From Hyphomicrobium sp. (GTDB lineage: Bacteria > Pseudomonadota > Alphaproteobacteria > Rhizobiales > Hyphomicrobiaceae): a DNA stretch of 64,000 bases. Shown here one piece after another: positions 18,383-26,027 of the stretch (its first letter is position 1; each line of letters opens with the position of its first letter). The translations under genes were made by a program, and so were the position numbers. The stretch covers positions 2,325-66,324 of the forward strand of contig PEQZ01000001.1 of assembly GCA_002928395.1 (NCBI GenBank), in the 5' to 3' direction. The notes beneath the pieces are model-generated. The model saw nothing but the letters and a program-made list of their open reading frames with translations. It was not told the origin of the DNA and did no database searches.

Positions 18383-18508
18383 ACAGGATACAGGTTACAG
18401 GGAACAGGGAACAGGTTACAGGGAGGGTGTTCCTCGATGCGCAGCACGCGCGTCACCCGTCAGCTATCACCTGTCACCTGTCACCTGTCACATGTCACCT
18501 GTCATGCC
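18383..18508. repeat. Two inverted arrays of tandem 7-bp repeats: (ACAGGNN)x6 and (TCACCTG)x5-8
   Basis: Left array, 18383-18424: ACAGGAT ACAGGTT ACAGGGA ACAGGGA ACAGGTT ACAGGGA. Right array, 18453-18508: TCACCCG TCAGCTA TCACCTG TCACCTG TCACCTG TCACATG TCACCTG TCATGCC. The units are reverse complements of each other (CAGGTGA), and the right array runs through the pgeF ATG at 18492. Confidence 0.85.
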
Positions 18509-19286
18509 GACGCCCATCACCGCATCGAACCTCTCAGCCCTTGCCGGCGTCCGCCACGGCTTTTTCACGCGCGAGGGCGGCGTGTCGGGCGGAATCTACG
18601 CGAGCCTCAACTGCGGGCTCGGTTCCAACGACGAACGCGACGCGGTGATCGAAAACCGCGCGCGGGTTGCACGCCATCTCGGCAGCACGCTCGATGCCGT
18701 CGTCACTGTCCACCAGTGCCACAGCGCTGACGCTGTGATCATCGATGGCCCATTGACTGGACCATTGACTGGGCCCTTGCCCAAGGCCGACGCCATCGTC
18801 ACGCGCATACCAGGCCTCGTCGTTGGTGCGCTGGCTGCTGATTGTGCGCCAGTCCTATTCGCCGACGCCGAGGCGCGCGTCGTAGCAGCGACCCATGCCG
18901 GGTGGCGTGGGGCCGTGGGTGGCATCATCGAAGCGACGATCGCGGCGATGGAGCGCGTGGGCGGCCATCGATCTCGCATCCGCGCGGCAATCGGGCCTTG
19001 CATCAATCAGGCGGCCTACGAGGTTGGCCCGGAATTCGAGGCTGAACTTCTGGCCCGCGATGCCACCAATAGCGGCTACTTCCGCGCATTCACCATCGGC
19101 GGTCGTGCCCATTTCGACCTGCCGGGGTACATCGGAGGCCGGCTGACGAGAGCCGGGGTTGCCTCGGTTGAGTACCAGTCGACCTGTACGAGCGCGAAGG
19201 AATCGACGTTTTTCAGCTATCGCAGGTCGCAGCGGCGCGGTGAGCCGGATTATGGGCGCCAAATCTCGGCCATTGTTGTGACCTAA
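18492..19286 (+). CDS. pgeF: Peptidoglycan editing factor PgeF (YfiH / DUF152 laccase-domain family)
   Basis: 264 aa with VRHGFFTREGGVSGGIYASLN and the ATHAGWRGAVGGI motif. It contains an in-frame (GPLT)x3 repeat at 18747-18782. Confidence 0.8.
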   Translation: MSPVMPTPITASNLSALAGVRHGFFTREGGVSGGIYASLNCGLGSNDERDAVIENRARVARHLGSTLDAVVTVHQCHSADAVIIDGPLTGPLTGPLPKADAIVTRIPGLVVGALAADCAPVLFADAEARVVAATHAGWRGAVGGIIEATIAAMERVGGHRSRIRAAIGPCINQAAYEVGPEFEAELLARDATNSGYFRAFTIGGRAHFDLPGYIGGRLTRAGVASVEYQSTCTSAKESTFFSYRRSQRRGEPDYGRQISAIVVT

Positions 19287-19379
19287 CTGCACAATCCACA
19301 GCTAACACGATTTGAGATGGGTGTTCTATTAGGGACGATATGGCTTCCCACTTGAATCCAACTGGACGCAAGTCGCATC

Positions 19380-19415
19380 ACTGGTTACAGATTCGAGCAG
19401 AGGGTACCGGTTTTT
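19380..19415 (+). terminator. Candidate Rho-independent terminator downstream of pgeF
   Basis: ACTGGT(T)AC - 15-nt loop - GTACCGGT, followed by TTTTT. That is 8 bp with one bulge and one G-U pair. It lies about 95-130 nt after the pgeF stop in a lower-GC spacer. Confidence 0.4.
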
Positions 19416-19487
19416 GAGGAGTCGCGGCCGCAGAGTTCGTACGTCGGCCACCGGACAACAGCGGGTCATTCAAGGGGGGACGTCATC

Positions 19488-20579
19488 GTGACGACCGTCG
19501 ACACTGCTGCGGCCTGGCATTCGAAAAAGCCCGTCGCGCTTGCAGCATTCATCATGTTCGTTGCCACAGGTCTCGCGGGATGTGAGACCGGCAATAACTT
19601 ACTGAACCAAACCACTCCTTCGACATCGGTTGCCGAGCCGCTGGCGGCCCCGGCAGCGACTAAGAAGCTCGCGACGATCGCCATTGCGCCCGTCATCGGC
19701 GCGCCAGAGACGGTTGCTCGGCAACTCCAGGCTCAGCTGACCAGTTCGGCGGAGAAGCAGAACTTCGGGTTCGTCAAGAACCCGCTGGACAAGCTCGACT
19801 ACACGCTTCGCGGCTATGTGGTGAGTGCTCGCGAAAAGGGCGGCACCAAGGTGTCCTATATCTGGGATGTCACCGATTCCGCCGGTCGCCGCGTCAATCG
19901 CATCACGGGCGAAGAGACGATCGCTGGTGCCGAGAGCAAGGACCCCTGGTCGCAGGTGACGCCGCAGATCACGCAGGCCATCGCCGACAAAACGGCCCTG
20001 TCGCTGTCCACGTGGCTGCCGACACAAGCCAACGCCGCCAGTGTTCCCGTTGCCAGCAACCAGGCCGCGCCGGGCGCACTCGGTGGTCCGTCTGGCACGG
20101 CACAAGTCGCCGCGGCATCGCCTCAGCCTGTGCCGGCACCTGGGCCTCAGGCTGCCGCGGGTAATGCAGTCGTGGCGACGGGTCCGACCACCGGCAGCAT
20201 TTCTTCGGGCGAGTCGATCACGGCCAGCGTGCCGAGTGTCGTCGGCGCTCCGGGCGACGGCAGTGCCGCGTTGACCAGTGCAATCCAGCGCGAGTTGTCC
20301 AAGGGTGGCGTGGCCCTGAGCGACCAGGCATCAGCACCCAAGGCATACAAGGTCGAAGGCCGGGTGAAAGTCGGCGAGAGCCGCGAAGGCAAGCAGCCGA
20401 TTACGATCGACTGGGACGTCAAGGACCCGAAGGGCAAGAAGCTCGGAACTGTCTCACAGAAGAACGAGATCCCGCAGGGCTCGCTCGACGGGACCTGGGG
20501 CAAGACGGCTGACGCTGCTGCGGCGGCGGCTGCCCAGGGGATACTGAAGCTGCTGCCGGCTCCGAAATCAACGAACTAA
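19488..20579 (+). CDS. Hypothetical lipoprotein with an internally duplicated domain
   Basis: 363 aa with a GTG start after GGGGGGA. The lipobox is FIMFVATGLAG|C. Two related ~70-aa modules are present (YTLRGYVVSAREKGGTKVSYIWDVTDSAGRRV... and YKVEGRVKVGESREGKQPITIDWDVKDPKGKKL...), separated by an Ala/Pro/Gly-rich linker. Confidence 0.6.
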   Translation: MTTVDTAAAWHSKKPVALAAFIMFVATGLAGCETGNNLLNQTTPSTSVAEPLAAPAATKKLATIAIAPVIGAPETVARQLQAQLTSSAEKQNFGFVKNPLDKLDYTLRGYVVSAREKGGTKVSYIWDVTDSAGRRVNRITGEETIAGAESKDPWSQVTPQITQAIADKTALSLSTWLPTQANAASVPVASNQAAPGALGGPSGTAQVAAASPQPVPAPGPQAAAGNAVVATGPTTGSISSGESITASVPSVVGAPGDGSAALTSAIQRELSKGGVALSDQASAPKAYKVEGRVKVGESREGKQPITIDWDVKDPKGKKLGTVSQKNEIPQGSLDGTWGKTADAAAAAAAQGILKLLPAPKSTN

Positions 20580-20741
20580 TTGTTTTTGCTCGGACCATAA
20601 TAACATTTTTGACCAATGCGACGGGCCCGGGTGGTTTACACACCCGGGCCCGCTTGCTAGAAGCCGCGTCATAGATATGTCGTGGAGGCTGCCGCAATGC
20701 CGCTCGACGCGCGCGACAAAGAGGGTCGGAGCCCACCGCAC

Positions 20742-21674
20742 ATGAAGCTGGTCTCTGGCAACAGCAATCGCCCGCTTGCAGAAGCGATTTCGAACTATCT
20801 GAAGGTCCCGCTGACAAAAGGGCAGGTCCGCCGGTTCGCCGACCTCGAGATCTTCGTTGAAATCCAGGAAAATGTGCGCGGTCAGGACGTCTTTGTACTG
20901 CAATCGACGTCTTTCCCTGCCAACGACAATCTAATGGAGCTGCTGATCCTCATCGACGCGCTGAAGCGGGCCTCCGCGCGGCGCGTGACGGCGGTCATTC
21001 CCTACTTCGGCTATGCTCGGCAAGACCGCAAACCCGGCCCGCGCACACCAATATCCGCAAAGCTCGTCGCCAACCTGATCGAGCGCGCCGGTACCGATCG
21101 CGTACTGACGCTGGATCTACATGCCGGCCAGATCCAGGGCTTTTTCGACATTCCGACTGACAATCTGTTCGCGGCCCCGGTTATGACCCGCGACATCCAG
21201 GAGACTCTCGGCACCGAAAACCTCGTGGTCGTATCGCCCGACGTCGGCGGCGTGGTGCGCGCCCGCGCACTGGCCAAGCGCGTCGACGCGCCGATCGCCA
21301 TTTGCGACAAGCGCCGCGAGCGTCCCGGCGAAAGCGAAGTGATGAATGTCATCGGCGACGTCAAAGGCAAGCGCGCGATACTCATAGACGACATCGTGGA
21401 TTCCGGCGGCACGCTGTGTAACGCTGCCGAGGCACTGCTCAAGAACGGCGCGACCGAAGTTTCCGCCTACATCACCCATGGCGTCTTGTCGGGCGGCGCC
21501 GTGAGCCGCATTCAGAACTCACGCCTCAAGTCACTCGTGGTGACGGATTCGATCCTGCCGACTGAAGCCGTCCGCGCGGCCAAGAACATTCGTCTGCTCC
21601 CCATCGCGCCGTTGATCGGCGAGGCGATTCTGCGCACCTCGCGCGAGGAAAGCGTGTCGAGCCTGTTTTACTGA
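20742..21674 (+). CDS. prs: Ribose-phosphate pyrophosphokinase
   Basis: 310 aa from the ATG at 20742 ([20 protein letters not shown]...). It has the PRPP-binding loop [14 protein letters not shown] and the [10 protein letters not shown] motif. Confidence 0.9.
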   Translation: MKLVSGNSNRPLAEAISNYLKVPLTKGQVRRFADLEIFVEIQENVRGQDVFVLQSTSFPANDNLMELLILIDALKRASARRVTAVIPYFGYARQDRKPGPRTPISAKLVANLIERAGTDRVLTLDLHAGQIQGFFDIPTDNLFAAPVMTRDIQETLGTENLVVVSPDVGGVVRARALAKRVDAPIAICDKRRERPGESEVMNVIGDVKGKRAILIDDIVDSGGTLCNAAEALLKNGATEVSAYITHGVLSGGAVSRIQNSRLKSLVVTDSILPTEAVRAAKNIRLLPIAPLIGEAILRTSREESVSSLFY

Positions 21675-21761
21675 AAATGGCCGTGACGTGGCGACACCCA
21701 CCCCAACCAAACCGAAGCGATGTCCTCGACGTGGCTACCCCGGCCGTTGTCTTCCTCGCTC

Positions 21762-24053
21762 TCAATTGAACTTGAGCGAACCGAACACGCGAACACTCGC
21801 GCCCGGCTGCAGCACCTCTTCGCGCCGCTTGAACGAGGCATGGTTTAAAACGTCGTCGTCGGCGAGGTTCTCGCCGCGGACGCCGATCGTCGTTCGTGTC
21901 GTCGCATCGAGCCGCGCTGTGTAGGAGAGTTCGGCCGAGACGAGCGAATAACCCGGCGTCGCGATCTCCTCTGCACCGAACCGGTTCTGATCGAACGCGT
22001 GCAAAACGCCAGCGCGGGCGAACCAGTTGCTATCGCGGTAGTAGACGCCGCCGCCAAGCCGGTGCGGCGGGATGCGTGGGACATTCTCGTCGCCCTCGAA
22101 CCTCGCGCGGACGAAATCATAGCGCCCGTCGACGCCCCACACGCCCCGCCAGATGGGCGCAACGTCGTACTGGGCGGCGATCTCCGCGCCAAAGAACGTC
22201 GCGTCCCGCTGCTGGAACAACACCAGATCGAAGTTCTCGTCGTCGAGATCAGCCGCTGGCCCGCACGACGGCAGATCCTCCAGACAGCGCACGCCCTGCA
22301 GCTCACGGAACACGAAGCCCTTGTACTTGGTGTAATATGCCGCCGCATCGAAGCGGAATGGGCCTTGCGCTTTGGCGAGCCCGGCTTCGATCGAGAAAGC
22401 CCGCTCCTTTTCGAGGAACGGATTGCCGATCTCGAAGGTACCCGTGGCTTCGTGGATGCCACTCGAAAAGAGTTCTGCGGCGTCGGGCGCGCGCTCGACG
22501 TACTGCCCAGACAGCCGCGCGACCGTCCCGAACCCGAGTTTCTGCAGCACGCCAAGGCTGGCCGACACCGGCACAAACCGGCGCTCGCCGTCGAACTCCA
22601 CCGGCGCGTTCGGATCGGTCACATCCGCCAGACCGATACCGTCGATCTTGCTTTGCTCGATGCGCAGCGCCGCCTGCAGCCGTGTTGTCGCGCTCGTCTG
22701 GAGTTCTTGGAACAGGAACGCGGCCACCGATCCCGTCCGCGCCGGCTCCAAGAGCGAATCGCCCTCGAAGCTCGTGCCGCGCGTGCGGCGATGGACGACC
22801 TGGATGCCGGCCGCGCCCGTCAGCTCGCCAAGATCCGTCACGATTGGAACGTGCTGGATTTCGATGCGCCCTTCCTGCTCGTTGTTCTTGAAGCGCGAGG
22901 CGATCTCGAACGCGCCGCCATCGTGTCTTGCATGCTCATCGTGCTCGTAGTCCGACGCCCCGAACCAGAACCGCACCGCTTCGACGCCCATGGCCCGCGG
23001 CCGCCATTCGCCCCGCGCCTGGATTTTCTGCTGCGCGAGATCGATGCGCGGATCGACCCCTTCTCGGGCTTCTTCGCCCGGCACTCCGTATAGGCTGTCG
23101 ATGCGCGAAACAGAGATGCCGAAGAAGCCATCCGCCCAGATGCGCGAAAGTCCCAGCCCGAAGCCCTCGCTTTCGGCGAACGTGTTGCGCTCGGTCCCAA
23201 GGGGGGTGTCGTAGTCGTCCGCGTTATTGCGGAACCCATCGGCATGTACCGCCACGCCCTGGCTGCCGGCCGTTGCCTTGAACGCGCCGTCGTAGCCGTT
23301 GCCGAGCGATGTCAACCCACCCTGGATCTCGCCAGAGACGCCGTTCCGCGGAACAGCCGTCGGGATGCGTCCGTTCTCCGCCGCCACCACGCCGCCGATC
23401 GCGCCGCTGCCGTAGCGCAGTGTCGCCGGTCCGCGCACCACCTCGATGCGATCGGCCGCGAACGGGGCGATCGGCACTGCATGGTCCTCGGAGATGGTCG
23501 AGACATCGTGCGACCCGATACCGTTCTCCTGCACGCGCACCCGGTAGCTATCGAGCCCACGGATGATCGGCCGATTGGCGCCCGGGGCAAAGGTCGATCC
23601 CGTGATGCCAGAGCGTGATTGGAGGGTATCGGTGAGCGTTGCGCCGCCTTGGGCCAAGATTTCGCGATCCGTCGCCACAGTCACGGGCGCAAAGGCGTCG
23701 TCCACGACCACGAGCGTGCCCGGAGGCGCAAGAACTTCTGTCGTGCTGACCGTGGATCGAGTGCCATCCGGCACGACGGCCGCGGGTTGCGGCGGCGGTT
23801 TAGATGATGCCGAGGTGACAGGAGAGTTGGTCGGTTTGGTCGCGGACTTTGCCTTGGCCTTTGGTGTCGCCGAACTATCGACGTTCGTCTTCTGGGCAGG
23901 CTTGGCGGCCACTGGCGTCTTGGCCACGGGGCTAGGTGTGTTCACGACGACTGGCGGCAACACGTCCTGCGCAAGCGCCGTGTTTGCAAGGAAAACGGCT
24001 TGCAACCCAACCGCGACCCCACAACGAACAATCCGATGGGCAAACGCAATCAT
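21762..24053 (-). CDS. TonB-dependent outer-membrane receptor (possibly Zur-controlled metal uptake)
   Basis: 763 aa from the ATG at 24053, with GGAG 6 nt upstream. The signal peptide is MIAFAHRIVRCGVAVGLQAVFLANTALA. It has a Pro/Lys/Ala-rich linker, a plug (...VVDDAFAPVTV...PIIRGLDSYRVRVQENG) and a beta-barrel ending ...RVFGSLKFN. It lies directly downstream of zur. Confidence 0.85.
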   Translation of the reverse strand: MIAFAHRIVRCGVAVGLQAVFLANTALAQDVLPPVVVNTPSPVAKTPVAAKPAQKTNVDSSATPKAKAKSATKPTNSPVTSASSKPPPQPAAVVPDGTRSTVSTTEVLAPPGTLVVVDDAFAPVTVATDREILAQGGATLTDTLQSRSGITGSTFAPGANRPIIRGLDSYRVRVQENGIGSHDVSTISEDHAVPIAPFAADRIEVVRGPATLRYGSGAIGGVVAAENGRIPTAVPRNGVSGEIQGGLTSLGNGYDGAFKATAGSQGVAVHADGFRNNADDYDTPLGTERNTFAESEGFGLGLSRIWADGFFGISVSRIDSLYGVPGEEAREGVDPRIDLAQQKIQARGEWRPRAMGVEAVRFWFGASDYEHDEHARHDGGAFEIASRFKNNEQEGRIEIQHVPIVTDLGELTGAAGIQVVHRRTRGTSFEGDSLLEPARTGSVAAFLFQELQTSATTRLQAALRIEQSKIDGIGLADVTDPNAPVEFDGERRFVPVSASLGVLQKLGFGTVARLSGQYVERAPDAAELFSSGIHEATGTFEIGNPFLEKERAFSIEAGLAKAQGPFRFDAAAYYTKYKGFVFRELQGVRCLEDLPSCGPAADLDDENFDLVLFQQRDATFFGAEIAAQYDVAPIWRGVWGVDGRYDFVRARFEGDENVPRIPPHRLGGGVYYRDSNWFARAGVLHAFDQNRFGAEEIATPGYSLVSAELSYTARLDATTRTTIGVRGENLADDDVLNHASFKRREEVLQPGASVRVFGSLKFN

Positions 24054-24064
24054 AGCGGCTCCGG

Positions 24065-24080
24065 ATGTTATATTATACAC
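24065..24080 (-). promoter_or_regulatory. Candidate Zur box overlapping a TATAAT -10 element of the TonB-dependent receptor gene
   Basis: The + strand reads ATGTTATATTATACAC, and the coding strand reads GTGTATAATATAACAT. This is AT-rich and near-palindromic, resembling the TGTTATA-N-TATAACA Zur/Fur-type box as I recall it. It contains TATAAT 18 nt before the ATG. Confidence 0.4.
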
Positions 24081-24293
24081 ACCGGTCACTACCACGCTCG
24101 AATAGTTGCAGACAAGCGCAGCGCCCACCGCCGCCAAGATCACCGGTTCGATACCGATCGAGAGTGAGGCGAGACTGCTACAATCGATGCGATTGTCAGA
24201 TCGGCGGTGCCGTGCCGGATCGTTGGCGAGACGGACGGATGACAATAAGCAGACAACCCGCCGGAACGGCTCGGCTACCAACAAGGTCGGACA

Positions 24294-24707
24294 TCATCGG
24301 GCGACCCTGACTTCGCAATCCTTGCAGCGTCCGCGCAATTCGATGGTCATTTCCTTCACAGTGAAACCTGCTTCGACAGCGGCGGCATCGAGCCGCCTGA
24401 CCGACTCCGCCTCGTGGAACTCGCGGACCGTTCCGCAGCCGTCGCAAATTGCGAACGCCGCTGTCCCCTTGTGGTGCGGATGGCGGCAAGCGACAAAAGC
24501 GTTCAGGCTTTCGAGACGGTGAGCAAGCCCGTCCTCAATCAGCCGGTTGAGCGCCCGGTAGACCGTAGGCGGGGCCGACAACCCCTTTTCCTTGAGATGA
24601 TCGATGATCTCATAGGCGCTGAGTGGCTTGCCGACGTCGCGCAGCGCATCGACGATGAGCTTGTCCTGGTCTGGCGCGCTGCGGCGATTTTGTGGTTTTT
24701 TGGGCAT
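24294..24707 (-). CDS. zur: Fur-family zinc uptake regulator Zur
   Basis: 137 aa from the ATG at 24707. The sequence LSAYEIIDHLKEKGLSAPPTVYRALNRLIEDGLAHRLESLNAFVAC, plus CDGC and CKDC pairs, is the pattern typical of rhizobial Zur. Confidence 0.75.
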   Translation of the reverse strand: MPKKPQNRRSAPDQDKLIVDALRDVGKPLSAYEIIDHLKEKGLSAPPTVYRALNRLIEDGLAHRLESLNAFVACRHPHHKGTAAFAICDGCGTVREFHEAESVRRLDAAAVEAGFTVKEMTIELRGRCKDCEVRVAR

Positions 24708-25155
24708 GTGGTCGGTCCTGGGGGGGGCTCGGTGACACACTCGACAGCTCTTGGCGCCGAGCGAGGACACACGACATCGAGGCCCGGTACAAACACCTCG
24801 TGTCGGGCATCTGACGTTAGGTCCCCACGCGCGGCTGACCTCGAAACCAATCGTCAGACGAAAAAGCTACATAATAATCATAGAGTTGCTCGAACTCCTT
24901 AAGGTTCCGACATTTACTCCGAACGGCCCTCGGACCCGAACCAGATGCCGATGATGGAACTCTAGCACACCCCACATGCAACTTCATTGCTAACCGCCCT
25001 AGACCGAATGTCCTTTCTCGCATGGGAGCGGGGTTGCGACGGCAATTGTGACCGCAGCAATTGCCTTGCGGTTGGACCACGGTTATAAGGCGGTCATCTC
25101 ATGCATCACCGCGCGAGATGCCGCCCGGCACCCTTGGAGGCCGTTTGCGGCTATT

Positions 25156-25178
25156 GGGCCTTTGGACAGGCCCTTTTT
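25156..25178 (+). terminator. Terminator-like hairpin inside the rplY 5' leader (possible attenuator)
   Basis: GGGCCT-ttggac-AGGCCC followed by TTTTT, ending 20 nt before the rplY ATG. No + strand gene lies upstream for about 450 nt. Confidence 0.35.
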
Positions 25179-25197
25179 ACGTTGGAGAAACAGAGCC

Positions 25198-25971
25198 ATG
25201 GCAAGCAACATGATTACGCTTGAAGCCACGGCGCGCGGACGTGCAGGCAAGGGGGCCGCACGCCAAGCTCGTCGTGAGAACAAGATTCCGGGCGTCATTT
25301 ACGGCGACAATCAGCAGCCGACGACGATTGCCCTCGACTACACCACGCTGTGGAAGCAAGTGCTGAAAGGCAAGTTCCTGGCGACTGTGTTTGAACTCGA
25401 TGTCGATGGCCAGAAGAGCCGGGTGATCCCGCGCGACGTCCAGCTCGATCCGGTCAAGGATACGCCGCTGCACGTGGACTTCCTGCGTATCGGCAAGGAT
25501 GGGATCATCCGCGTCGCGGTGCCGGTTCGCTTCACCAATGAAAGCCTTTCGCCGGGCCTCAAGCGTGGCGGCGCATTGAACGTCGTGCGGCACGTCGTTG
25601 AAGTGTTCTGCCATTACGACAAAATACCGACTCACTTCGAGGCCAGCCTGGAAGGGCTCGAGATCGGCCGCTCGATCCACATTTCAGCGTTCAAACTGCC
25701 AGCCGACGTGACCCCGGTCATCCGTAACCGCGACTTCACCGTGGCCACCATCGCGGGCGCCGTGAAGCAGGAGGAGGAAGCACCAGCTCCAGGCGCAGCA
25801 GCGCCCGCAGCAGGTGCCGCACCGGCAGCCGGCGGCGACGCCAAGGCCGCGGCCGCAGCAGGGGCCAAACCCGCTGCTGGCAAGGCCGCCGCGGCTCCGG
25901 CCGCAGGTGCCAAGGCGGCCGCTCCGGCCGCTGGCGCCAAGGCCCCGGCGAAGCCGGCCGCCAAGAAGTAG
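25198..25971 (+). CDS. rplY: 50S ribosomal protein L25 / general stress protein Ctc
   Basis: 257 aa from the ATG at 25198 (MASNMITLEATARGRAGKGAARQARRENKIPGVIYG...). It is the two-domain Ctc form with an Ala/Pro/Lys-rich C-terminal tail. Confidence 0.9.
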   Translation: MASNMITLEATARGRAGKGAARQARRENKIPGVIYGDNQQPTTIALDYTTLWKQVLKGKFLATVFELDVDGQKSRVIPRDVQLDPVKDTPLHVDFLRIGKDGIIRVAVPVRFTNESLSPGLKRGGALNVVRHVVEVFCHYDKIPTHFEASLEGLEIGRSIHISAFKLPADVTPVIRNRDFTVATIAGAVKQEEEAPAPGAAAPAAGAAPAAGGDAKAAAAAGAKPAAGKAAAAPAAGAKAAAPAAGAKAPAKPAAKK

Positions 25972-25980
25972 CACCAGTGC

Positions 25981-26008
25981 GGCGGCGCGGGTGTCTCTCC
26001 GCGCCGCC
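25981..26008 (+). terminator. GC-rich intercistronic hairpin between rplY and pth (no U-tract)
   Basis: GGCGGCGCGG-gtgtctct-CCGCGCCGCC, a perfect 10-bp stem 10 nt after the rplY stop. It is followed by AACCTG rather than a T-run. Confidence 0.35.
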
Positions 26009-26027
26009 AACCTGTTAGATCGATCAC

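Noticed and set aside
18383-18508. Heptamer arrays considered as a CRISPR array or minisatellite-encoded peptide (track ORFs 18427-18648 and 18437-18730)
   Set aside because: The repeat unit is only 7 bp, with no spacers and no cas genes, so it is not CRISPR. The overlapping ORFs (..SPVTCHLSPVTCHLS..) merely translate the repeat and run out of frame into pgeF.
24868-24883. CTACATAATAATCATA upstream of zur as a second Zur box (autoregulation)
   Set aside because: It is AT-rich but poorly palindromic, with only a weak resemblance to the Zur consensus. It lies about 160 nt from the zur start. This is too speculative to list as a feature.
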